From: Paramecium tetraurelia
Taxonomy: Eukaryota
NCBI GenBank assembly: GCA_000165425.1
Contig: CT868452.1
Coordinates: 186,001-250,000, forward strand
Reading direction: 5' to 3'
DNA: 64,000 nucleotides
Of this stretch, positions 30,801 through 42,124 are shown piece by piece; position 1 is the stretch's first letter; each line of letters opens with the position of its first letter. A program made the translations under genes and the position numbers. Under the pieces are notes generated by a model. That model searched no databases. It was given only the letters and a program-made list of their open reading frames with translations, and was not told the DNA's origin.

Positions 30801-31478
30801 TGTTCACAAAGAAAGGCAAGTATTAAAATACCAAAATAAGAAAATCAATTACATTCCAGAAATCTCGAAAGTATGCGTCTCTCTTTATGTACAAACCCTA
30901 CAATTATTTATTATATATTAACCAATGCCAACATCTTGAAAATTGCTTCCACTGAATAACAAATAATAAAGATAATCTCATATTAATCTTATTCTAATGC
31001 CAAGCACAGAGAGTTCAAAATAATTGTTACCATCAGTATCAATTAGAAAGTTTTGAGATTTATTAAATATTTCATTAGATATCTGATTGATTAAAATGTT
31101 ATCATTAAGATTCTCCTCAACTTCAACAAAGGGTACCTAATTTAATTTCTAATTACTCATCAACATAAATGTAGGCTAACTGTAATTCGTTCATTGGTCT
31201 TAGTTTAATCTAACTACTCGGGGCAGGTATATTGTGAGTATAATCTATGTAAAATTCATTATCCAAATCAATTAAATATTCATATGTTATTTGAGATTCT
31301 GTATTTTATTATAAGGTCATGTCATAATTAGTTTCATCGAAAATCAATTGTTACATCCTTCTTAGGTATTCCTTTCTCTCTTACCTCTGTTTTTCCTCTT
31401 GAATCTGAATCAAACAAAACTATTTACTTCATATTCATCCTCGTCTTCATATTATTCTAAAATTACGCCATTTTTCAT
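24811..31478 (-). CDS. Four-domain Cav-like channel paralogue with non-canonical pore (E-S-L-L)
   Basis: Colinear with the downstream channel; S4 arrays present; P-loops TLLESWS, FTISNWS, STLLDWP, QTGLDWN; start MKNGVILEQYEDEDEYE. Confidence 0.88.
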
Positions 31479-31613
31479 AACTTTTTTAAAGTAATTTAAA
31501 ATAATATTACTTTATAAATATTTTCACATAGAAGCAACCCCTGGGATTAATCAAATTGAAGTTACCCTCAACATTAAAATAATAATAATTTTAAACTGAT
31601 CAAATCGATTACT

Positions 31614-33055
31614 CATTTAATTCAATTAATTCATTACTACTAATCTCAGACATTTTCCTTCTATAACCTAAATAAAATACATATAAGTATGTTTCAAATT
31701 CTATCAACTCTACCATTCATCCCATTCAAAAAAGGATTTAAGCCTTATTGATAAAACCATTCAATTTATATATCTCTAGTATATTTTATATATCATTTCC
31801 CAAAATTGCCCAACTCAGATCTAAGTTATCCAACTAACTTTTAGTTTCATCCTACAAATTCTGCAAATCTTAATGATATTATAGCAGTTGCAAGTATTAC
31901 TATTTGAACTTTTCATTCTCCTTTATTTCTCTTAAAGTTTAGTCTTGGCTTACTGCAACTATTGCAATACCAAAACTCTTCTCATTTTATTATTAATTGA
32001 CTTTATTTAAATTTTCTTTATATTTTATGATTAACATTGCCTTTAAGTTTATCATTCTCAAATTCCTCATCTTGAAGAACATTTTATAATCTTTGCCTAT
32101 CCCCCTATATTTGTTATACTCTCTTCTTAGATTCTTAGATTTTATTTTACATAATGGCCCATTAAGCCTTATAACTCTCAACAAATTAAGTAATCTTTCT
32201 GTTTTCTTGATATTCCTAAGAAATATAAATCAGCAAATTATTGTAGATGTTTATAATAGCATTTATGACTCTTTTTATCCTTAGTTTTTTAATTTCAAAC
32301 ACTTTTTAACTATTAATTTTCTTCTAAAAATTGGAGCCTTCGTTCTTCCTATGTATCAATATTTAAAGCTATGGATTTGATTTAATCCTATTTTAGTTAA
32401 TGCCTTTATTTTAATTTATTGTGTTCTTAACTGAAATCCCTTCTGTTATTCAATTAATTATGATTTCAGATTCTTAATCTCTCTGTATCAACTGGGAATT
32501 CAACCTTTAAATCTCTTTACCCATAACTAATATTTTATTTGCTTCTTAACTCATAAGGCAATTAATGACTAACTATTACCTACAATCTAACCTTCAATTA
32601 ATAAAAATCTTTAGTTTTACTATTTCAAATTGTTATCATAAAATATCTAAATTTACTATTTCAAATTTGATTCTCTGACATCAGAACCTAAAAGTTTCTT
32701 CTCAATCTTCTGATTATCTACAATTTGAACCTCTGATTGACTAGGTCATTTGCATCATTTGTCTCAAATTAATTGTAATTGACTTGAATAATACCCTTCT
32801 ATTTCTTAGTTTTTATTTTCAATTTCTTTTTATGACTAAAAGTTTTAGACTTGGATTCCTCTACTTATTATTTATTTAGTTTAATTCTCTAATTAGATCC
32901 TTTATTAGTCCTCTTATTACATAAATATATTTAATTTAATTTCAAATAATCAAACTCAATCACTTTCAACTTCTCTTTTGTTTATACTTTAATCATATTG
33001 GTAATTTCATACTCGTTAAAATTAAAGAAATTCACATTTGTGTTGACTATTCATT
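31614..33055 (-). pseudogene. Probable decayed coiled-coil protein gene
   Basis: Coding-like fragments (GKEIQRLNSQLIQRDQESE; EERRLQFLEENQQLK; DETKSQLDNLDL) in shifting frames interrupted by TGA; I could not rescue them with tiny introns; boundaries approximate. Confidence 0.45.
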
Positions 33056-33430
33056 CATTAATTTGATTTAATATACAAGTTTCTTTCATCATTTTAACTA
33101 CTAAGAATTTAGTTTGCAAACTCAGGAAAATTATACTCTATTTATGAATGTCAACACTATGTATAGATACAGATTAATTTAAATTTAGATATAGAGTCCT
33201 CATTATTGAATATATACCACTTTTCACAATTATAAATCAGATAGAATTTTGCTCAATGTTATGAAATCGCTATATATTAGGAATTTAGATTTTTATAAAT
33301 TATATGAATTTAATCAACAATAAGAATATTTAGAATATTTATTGTAAATTAATACACTTTTTGAAGAGTTTTAGGTAAGAAGAAATTGTAAAACAAACTG
33401 CTTGAATTTTTCTAATTTCTTATATTAATT

Positions 33431-34278
33431 ATGATAATAAAATAAATTGAAAAACTATTAAGTTCCATCAATGAAAACTATTCAAATATTTAATGTAAAA
33501 ATTATTGATTTTGTAGCTATTGCCTAAGTTTGCTTTGAAAATCCAGATGAAGCAAATTTTATCGCATTTCTTGTTGAAAATGAAATAAAGGAAGTTTAGC
33601 CTGATAAAAAATTGCTATATCTTTTTTTGATCAATGAAATATTTTAATTAGAACTTAAATAAAGAAGACCTACTATTGATTTTATAAAAGCATTTGGGAT
33701 AAAATTGAAGAACATGATTTTAAATTTCTAAATACTCTCTAGCATTAAACCATTAGATAAAGTCTTTTATTTCATAAATAAATGGGAGAAAGATATGATA
33801 TTTCATCCAAATTTCACTATGAAGCTTCGAAATATTCTCTTACCTAAATATGAACTATTATAGAAATAAAAACAATAATAATTATTAGATGAAATGGAAA
33901 AGTCTGTAAAACTAGAGAAGAATTTGAAAATTATTTAGGTGTAAAATCATTAATATATATTAAGTCTGTATCACACACAAACTAATGCTATAATCTACTT
34001 AAACAAGGCTAACATCTTGAAAAACGAACCTTCGAATTTAATTAACACAGAAATAATATTAACAAAATGAAAAATTTAAATTAAATGATAGAAGAAGGAG
34101 AGGAATGCAGAAAATTATTAATAAACGTATATTAAAATATAATTATATATAGAGTATATGTCAGATATAATAGTTTTATTTAACTCTCTCTAGTTAAGGG
34201 GAAGAACTAATGAAGGATCTAATGTCAACCAATAAGCTAGACTATTACAGGAGAAAGAAAAAGAAGTTATTTCACTGA
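33431..34278 (+). CDS. CID (RNA Pol II CTD-interacting domain) protein, RPRD1/Rtt103-like
   Basis: IEKLLSSINENYSNIQ...PDKKLLYLFLINEIFQ...INKWEKDMIF fits the CID helical pattern; followed by coiled coil. Confidence 0.7.
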
Positions 34279-34827
34279 TTATATATATTAAATACTTAAT
34301 GAATTGTAGTTTTACATTGAAAAATAGTTAGTTTATGGATCTCTGTATTTAGGTAGTATTAAATTTAATTTAACTTATTCACATACATTATATATCATCT
34401 CAGTGTTCTAAAATGTTTACAAGATCAATTATTGAATTTAATAAGAGATATAGCATCTAATTAGGAGTATTTTATGCATAGCGAATCCAAAAATATAAGA
34501 TCTACTTACCTAATTATATATAATAATAAATATGAGAAAATTATAAAATTTCTAAAATTAGGAATATATTATCATCTCATAATCAACATATTTATAATAC
34601 TATATTTTATAGTTATATATTAAGAGTAATGAAAATTATCATTTTATATAGGATTCATCTAAATAGTGTGTAAATGTGGAATTTAGATGATTCCCTTTAC
34701 ATAATTATATCACAATTTAAAAGACTATGAGTATAATCTATGTCTAAGGTCTACTAAAATTGATGATGCTCAACATCAATTATTTATTAATTCAATAATT
34801 AAATATTGTAAATAAATTATTAAAATT

Positions 34828-35282
34828 ATGGACTTACGAAATAAGAAATCACAATCTCATCATCGGATTACGAGTTATCAATTTTTAAAATGGGGACAAT
34901 TCAAATAAGAATTACCTAAATTAGCTATGCCACCAACTCCAAGAAAAAAAAATTTGAGTTTAGATTTATTGAGTGAGGTTCGCAATTATCAAAAACAAAA
35001 GATTGTGATTGAATCTGGTCAACTTACATCGAGAGGTTTGAGGTAGATGCTAAAGCCAAATAGTATTGCTTTAATTTTAAATAAGAGCTTAAGTGGGTTA
35101 ATTAAGAAGTGAAATTGGATTCACAGTCCCTTCTTCGTAATAAACTTACTGTTGCTGACTTCTTTCTCAATTCGAAAAAGGGAAAGACGGAGCTAATGCC
35201 TTTTGATTTAATTTAATCAGATTCTCTGAAATAATTTCTTGGTAGATTGAAATGCCATATTAAAACTAGACAATATAAATGA
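34828..35282 (+). CDS. Small basic hypothetical protein
   Basis: MDLRNKKSQSHHRITSYQF...; one tiny intron; TGA at 35280-35282. Confidence 0.6.
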
Positions 35283-35602
35283 TTTTATGATGTATTGAGT
35301 TCTTAGACTATATATAAATGTGAATTTTTCATCTAATCTATCTCTATAATCTAGAAGGAAACTAAAATTTTAGTGTCATTAATAGAATCTATAATTCAAT
35401 ACACTTTTAAAACATGATTTATCCTAATAATCTGAATAATTACGTTAAATTAAATGAGTCAGTTTCATTATTATATAAAATGACAATTATTTTAATTAAA
35501 GGTAATTCAAATAAAGCACTAAGAATATGATGAATAATAAATAAATTTTATGTGTTTTGGATTATTTTTTGATACGAATAATATATATATATAGATGCTC
35601 AA

Positions 35603-36508
35603 TCATTATCTCTTCTTTTTGAGGTTTTGGATTTTAGACTTCCAAGAATGAGCTCCTTCGAATCCATTCTTTTAGTCATAATAATCCTCAAATGCCTATT
35701 GAATCTCTTCCTTTGTGTTCATGACAAATGGTCCATGTTACACAAATGGTTCATCAATAGGTTCCCCAGCAATCATAATGAAATGGCATATTGATGCTCC
35801 TGTCTTAACTTTTAAGACTTCCTCCTTATCATTAATGTCTAAGTGAACAACTTAATGCTAATTGGCATTTTGTCCCCCAAATATTCCTTATCCTTCATAC
35901 ACATAACATATAGAATTCCATTTCAATGGTATCCTTTATAAGAATTCAGAATTTTCATCTAATTTGACATCTAGAAAGAAGGCAGGAGTCCTGGTATAAA
36001 TTGGACCTTTTACACCTAATGCCTCACCTGCAATGACGCGTACTAAGATTCCTTTTTATTTGGCTTCAGGTATTAAGTCCTTTTTGATCTCCTAATATTG
36101 TGGTTCTACCATCTTGAATTTGGCTTGTAAATTGATCCATAATTAGAAACCAGATGTTAATTCATCCCAACTACCTGGCATCTCTGCATGCATAACTCCT
36201 TTTCCAGCTGTCATCCATTATATATCTCCAGGTAATAAATGACCTGAAAATCCTTTGCTGTCTTCATGGTAGAAGGAACCTTTCAATAAGTAACTCACTG
36301 TTTCAAATCCTCTATGAGGATGATCAGGAAAGCCTGCTGGTAATTTAACAAAGGCATGATCGAGCATCATAAATGGATTAAGACTTTTAAGATTATTGTT
36401 GCCTAGCATGTTATCAAACTCAATATTACCAATGATCCTTATGACTTAGGCACCTTAACCTTCAGGAACAGTCGGAGGAGTAAATACCTTTAAGACTCTT
36501 CTGGACAT
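35603..36508 (-). CDS. Pirin family protein
   Basis: PFMMLDH, GFPDHPHRGFETVSY, WMTAGKGVMHAE, FQLWINL, GEPIDEPFVQHGPFVMN. Confidence 0.95.
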
Positions 36509-36523
36509 TATTAATTAATTTAT

Positions 36524-38014
36524 ATGCTTGCTAAACATTCAAGGCTATTTGAATCAGGTGCTGAGCCAATTAAAAGGGAAATACTGGAATCATACTTAGT
36601 TTAGACAAAAAAGCACAATTCTAATGAAGATTCATAATTAAGGGAACAAATCGAAAAATTAACCAATGAAGTGGCTACCATCAAAAAATCAGTTAGTACC
36701 AAATAGAACGATAAAGCTATTTAATGTGTGGACAGAAATTACGAATTGATGAACTCTCTTTTGAAATAAAAAGATAAATCAATAGAACAATATGAGAGAC
36801 AAATCTTGAGTTTTAAGAACATGATCCTATAGATCGATCATTAGAAGAAGAAACTACTGAATAAATTAGAAGGATAAGATCCTATGAAAAATAGCCAAGC
36901 AACTTTGCTGTCTTAATAAAATTAGATATTATTTGATAAACAAATGATTTGTAAAAGTCAACAAACGGAAATTGAATTTGGAATAAATTTTAGTTAGAAC
37001 TGTGTTAATTCTTCAGTTATTACTCAAAAATCAAATTCCTAATCAGTTTAGACTGACTCTAAGTTCTATAATGAGATAAACATGCTAACCTAGGATGAAG
37101 TACGTAAAGAGATAGAATAATACAAAGTTATTCTAAAAGAGTATGACTTAGAAAATAGAAAAATGAAAAAGCAGATCAAGTAATTGCAGAACTCTAAGAG
37201 TTAGATTGATTAGGACACTCAAACAGGATTAATTCAACTTGACAAGGCAGTTCAATTAGAAGATGATCTAAAGAGAGAACTCGAGTAAACAATCAAGGAA
37301 CATTAGTAATGTATTGATGTTCTGAATTCTACAAAAAAACAATTCAACTAACAGACTATGGAATTGACCATATTGAAAAATCAATACGATTCATTATTGA
37401 GTGACTATTATTTTATCTAATCAGAAAACAAATCAAATGAAAAAATTATTAATTAATTGAATGAAGAAATTGAATAATTAAAATTGGGAATACAAACCAA
37501 AGAATTCAGTATAAGCAGCGCTGACACTCTTACATCTCCTAATGATTCATTACGAAGTTATAAGAAAATGGGTTCTAATTTAAAACTGAATATTGTGAAT
37601 CCAACATACTTCAACCCGTAAAGCATTGACGAATTAATTTTAGCGTAATAGGAAAACTAGATACTGGTTCTTAAAATATCAGAATTAAAATATCAATTAT
37701 TAGAATTGTAAAGGAATCAGAAAAATTTGTTAGAAGAAATGAATTAGAGGGATGATTTAATGAATTCTTAATAACAGGAGTTGTAAAAGTATAGGAATGA
37801 TTGTAAAGAATTTGAAAGAAGGATGGAAAATGTGAAAAAGTTGGAAGCCAAGTTGATGGAGAAGGAGAATTGGTATGTGGTGGAGATATCTGGGTTGTAG
37901 TAGGATATGACTGCATTGAAGTAAGAATATGCAGGTTTGAAGATTATCAATCAAACTTTGCATAAATAATTGGAGAAATATTAGAATAGAGGATTGCTGT
38001 AGCATTCAAAATGA
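36524..38014 (+). CDS. Coiled-coil protein of unknown function
   Basis: Long ciliate-code frame from MLAKHSRLFESGAEPIKRE, E/Q/K/L-rich, ending at TGA 38012-38014. Confidence 0.7.
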
Positions 38015-38042
38015 TTCTCGTAAATTTTATATATAAATATTT

Positions 38043-38483
38043 ATGTAATTAACAACACCAATAAGGTTAGCAGAATCGCATTATATTGCAGGACCGAATG
38101 TTTCAAATTATCCTTAGTTGACTTAATCAATGAAGAGTCCCAATATAAGTGCTGCTTCTGGAAATAATTCATCATAGAAGGCTAGATCAGATTCAAAATA
38201 AAATAATTAAATGGTTCAATCTTCTACTAATTAAATTATAGAATTTGATTCAATTGAACCAATTTAAATATAATGCGAAAATTGTCATACTTTTAGCAGT
38301 TCAATTGTGCATGTGGAATACACTATTTATACATATGTGTCTGCTTTATTATTGATGTTAATATGTCTTTGTTGGATTCCCTTGGTGCTGAAGAAATACT
38401 TTATGAAAATAAGCCATAGTTGTCCAGGTTGTGATCGTCTGATTGGGGAATATGACTATTTGGGTACAAAATTAAATAAATGA
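38043..38483 (+). CDS. LITAF-like zinc-ribbon membrane protein
   Basis: PIQIQCENC, hydrophobic ALLLMLICLCWIPLV, then HSCPGCDRLIG. Confidence 0.85.
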
Positions 38484-38506
38484 TGATTTGTGAAATTAAT
38501 AAATTA

Positions 38507-39716
38507 TCATTGCAACATGTAATTCTTTTTAAGTGTTTCATTTGTTTATTTGAGTGCCTTCTATATTCTATAATCTAGATCAGTCTTGGGAGTGACTTCA
38601 TCCAATTTTTGGAGCATCTCTTTGGTCTTTATGGATTGATTTGGAGTGAACATCAATTAGGATTATTATTCTTATTATTTAACTACCTTCATTGGACTAG
38701 AATTTGTAACTATTTATCTGGGACTGCTCTGAATAATGGCTATTTGTTGTGGAGGAACTTGTTAAATGGGAGTTTGTAGTTGAGCAATTCTTCTGAAAGT
38801 AAAAGGGGAGTGAGAATGTCGAGGCTAAATAGTTCTGGTTAAAGGCGATTAGGATGTTCTGTAAACATATCTTTAACTTGATGAAATAGTTTTAGGGGGA
38901 CTGGACAACAGTTTTTGTTATAAATTGGCTTATTTATTAACTTGATACATGTAATCGGCTCGTTAATTAGGGGATTAAAATAGTAAATGCTAAATTTTGT
39001 TAATTAATTTATTCGAGTAGTTTGTGCATCTCAGTATTTCATTTACCAATGATTGATTCACCTGATTTTTTAGGTAGACTATTTCCATCGATGTTAAGGT
39101 CATTAGATGCAGCATTGTGATTCCTAGACTGTAGGTTGTACTTTTAAAAGGATTAGGTTGTACATTTGAAGCTTATGGCTAGAGTTATTCAGGTGCATAA
39201 TATCTTTGCTAGTTTTGAGTATTATCTATCACCCATTATTAATTCAATTTGATTGTATCATTTGGAGTCAAGAAAATATTCTAGTTATCATAAGTTATAC
39301 TTGGGGTCTAATATCATCATGAAAAATTTATTATTATTATAGGTAGGCTAACGCTGAAACGAATTGATCAAGCATCTGCAACAGTTCATGTTCTTGGTAA
39401 TAGTTCTTAATAATACTTCATCATATCTTACATTATTTAGTTTCCTTTTATTAATGTCTTGTTATAAATCATAGTCATAATGTTCAAAATATATCGAAAC
39501 ACTCAGTTGATCTACTTCGTATTTGTGCAATTTTATTATGTTTTTATGATTTATTGATTGACTTAATTAGCATCTGTGAATGCAATTAGCCAATTAATCA
39601 GGAGCATTCTTATAGTCAATCACCTTTTAAATTATTAATGAGTTTTCATATGTGAACTTGTTGACCTTTCCATAACGCAAGTCATTTGTTATTTGTGTGT
39701 CTGAGCTATTCCCCAT
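38507..39716 (-). CDS. Protein kinase-like protein (probable pseudokinase) with N-terminal MGNS myristoylation-like motif
   Basis: HKNIIKL, ALAYLQ..IFHDDIRP.NIFL, YYAPE, YSLGITML; no DFG; low-complexity S/P/Q tail. Confidence 0.75.
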
Positions 39717-39894
39717 ATATCGTTAAAAATATAATTTATAATCAATTTAAATAATATCAAACATCATGCTGAATAAAATCATCTATTTCAAACATACAAT
39801 TCCCTAATCAATAGATTAGAGTTGTTTACTCAAAAGGATTGAACCAATAATATTTTAAAATAAATATAAAAATATCTCTTCAAGTAAGTAATCA

Positions 39895-40561
39895 TCAACA
39901 CACTTTATGCTTGATTCTCAATTAATTTCTAAATTAATCTAATTTATTATTAAATTCATCCAATCTTGAAATTTTGTGCAAAGGAGAAACCTCCCTCTGA
40001 CAATTCTGATTGTTCTACTAATCATTTTGAGATTCATGTTAAATGGTTGCTAATGACAGAGTAGATTCTTGATTATTATTACGTAATTTCTATTAAAAGT
40101 CTTAAAGCTATATCATGAATCCTGGATTTGGATTAACTATTCTTCTTTTTGATTGTAAATGTAATATAGCTTGATTTATGGTCCAATCGTATTTTTACAT
40201 TAGATAGGCAGCCAAAATAGCTGCAGATCTTGAGATACCTGCATAACAATGAACAAGAACATTAGTTTTTTTGGTTTAATTTTCAATAAATTTAATTGCT
40301 TGTTCAAAGTATTTATTGAGTGGGAACTCTTCAGAATCCTCTGCCATGATCCACTCAACATAAGAAATTATTCTATACCAACTTTTGTGCTCCTCTTACG
40401 GGAACTGATTAATCAAGTACTTATAGGACTGCTCCAATGTTATATTGAGTGAGCAATTAGGAATCTTTAGCAGCATCCAGATTTCCTAAGTATATTCCTC
40501 CACATCCATTTAAAGGTGCTATGATGCAATTCATTGACAAACAATAGTTATTAACGAACAT
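39895..40561 (-). CDS. Dual-specificity protein phosphatase
   Basis: GIYLGNLDAA, VLVHCYAGISRSAAILAAYLM, NPGF. Confidence 0.92.
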
Positions 40562-40744
40562 ATTATATTTTAAATTAATAAAATTTCCACTTTATTAAAG
40601 AATGGTAATACATATAAATGACTTTGAATAGTTTATTATTAATCTGGTCTATATATATTGAAGTAATTGCTATGCTATTTTAACGAGGGTTATAAATCAA
40701 TAATATTTAAAAAAAATATAAGGATTGGATATTATCATAAAATA

Positions 40745-41561
40745 ATGAGTAAGAAAGAAAGGAAGGATTTTTTCGACATCATGATAAAGACTAAGTCTTC
40801 ACAGGACCAAATAGCATCCTATTTGGTATAGGCCATTTTGGGTTTGAGAGATAGGGAGAATAAGAGTGAGTCAATTAGGCTCTCAGGTAGTGGATCGGCA
40901 ATCCCAAATGTAATTTTGGTTGCTGAAATAATTAGAGCAAGACATAAAGTAAGAAAGAGTATTATCTATTAGGGATTGAGTTCAATTGTCACACTGGAGA
41001 ACATTCAAAAGGAAATTCTTGAGAATGGATCAAAATCAATAATATCAATCCCCGCGATTAGAATCAAATTGACGTACTTTCATTTCTAGATTGTAGATGC
41101 AATCCAACCAAGGAAGAATAAGAATAGCCCGGGTATCAAGCCCCAGGAGATGTGAAAGACGATAAGAAGATTGAACTTTATGATTATATCATGATCTATG
41201 CAAGGAATTTGTATTTTTGGAAAGGCAAGGAAGGACAAAAATAGACATATAACTAACCTCAAAAAAGGACTGATTAACAAATAGAAGAGAGAGGAGAATT
41301 GAAGACCAGAGGAGGGGCATAAGTGTAGGTGGGGAAAAAAAACCCTGAAGAATTAAGAAGGAAGCCAGATGAACCAGAATACAGGGTATGTTGAGTTTGA
41401 CATTTAAATAGGAAAAACATGAATAAGAAAATAGGGATAAGAGGTATTCTAAACCAAAACCAATCACTTACCAATCTAAATAATATTCATCCTAAGATAA
41501 GGAGGGATAGTTTAGACCCAAGTAAGGAGAAGTCAGAACAAGGGGTGGCAATAGACGGTGA
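40745..41561 (+). CDS. Alba/Rpp25-like nucleic-acid-binding protein with RG-containing tail
   Basis: IRLSGSGSAIPNVILVAEIIRARHKGL, IRIKL, PGYQAP motif, C-terminal TRGG motifs. Confidence 0.8.
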
Positions 41562-41635
41562 TTCAATATTTATTAGAGCAATATATATATATATAATTTA
41601 TGTTTATTAAAATATTGTACTAAAATAACATTCTA

Positions 41636-42025
41636 TCATTATTGGGTAAGGATGTCTGAGTCACCTGCATCGATGATGGCTAAGCTTGAACATCTGTGTA
41701 ATTTACCACAGGCGGTACCTATAATAAGATTAAATCACTAATGCCCATTAATTCAATCAAAGAAGAACTAAGCCTCCCTCTAAACCCCCGTACCTAAATC
41801 AACGTTGTTTCCTTAATATAACACAATGGTGATTTGAGCCAACATGGCATAATACTCAATTTGGGTCTTTCTAATTGTTGGGCAATTGTTAGAAATAAAG
41901 ACTAATTTGGCTGTTCCATTTCTGATTGCCTTCAATGTTTGCTTATATCCCATGGTGATCTTTCCTGATCTGACAACCAATTAAAGTTTTTGATTCACAC
42001 TCTCTTAAGCAACATTCTTCACCAT
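41636..42025 (-). CDS. RPL30: 60S ribosomal protein L30 (eL30)
   Basis: [51 protein letters not shown]...[30 protein letters not shown]; requires removal of a 75-nt intron 41719-41793. Confidence 0.97.
41719..41793 (-). other. Unusually long (75-nt) structured intron of RPL30
   Basis: GTACGG...ATTATAG interrupts the conserved DLGTACG; other introns I delimited in the window are about 20-31 nt. Confidence 0.9.
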
Positions 42026-42124
42026 TTTAAAATTAATTTAAAAATTTTAATATCATATTTTTGTTTCAATATCACTTTATTCACTTTCAATTATTCTAAG
42101 AAATAATGCAAAATATTAATATTT

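Noticed and set aside
41719..41793. Intronic box C/D or H/ACA snoRNA as the explanation for the long RPL30 intron
   Set aside because: No terminal RUGAUGA/CUGA pair and no ACA box are visible; not fully excluded without a scan
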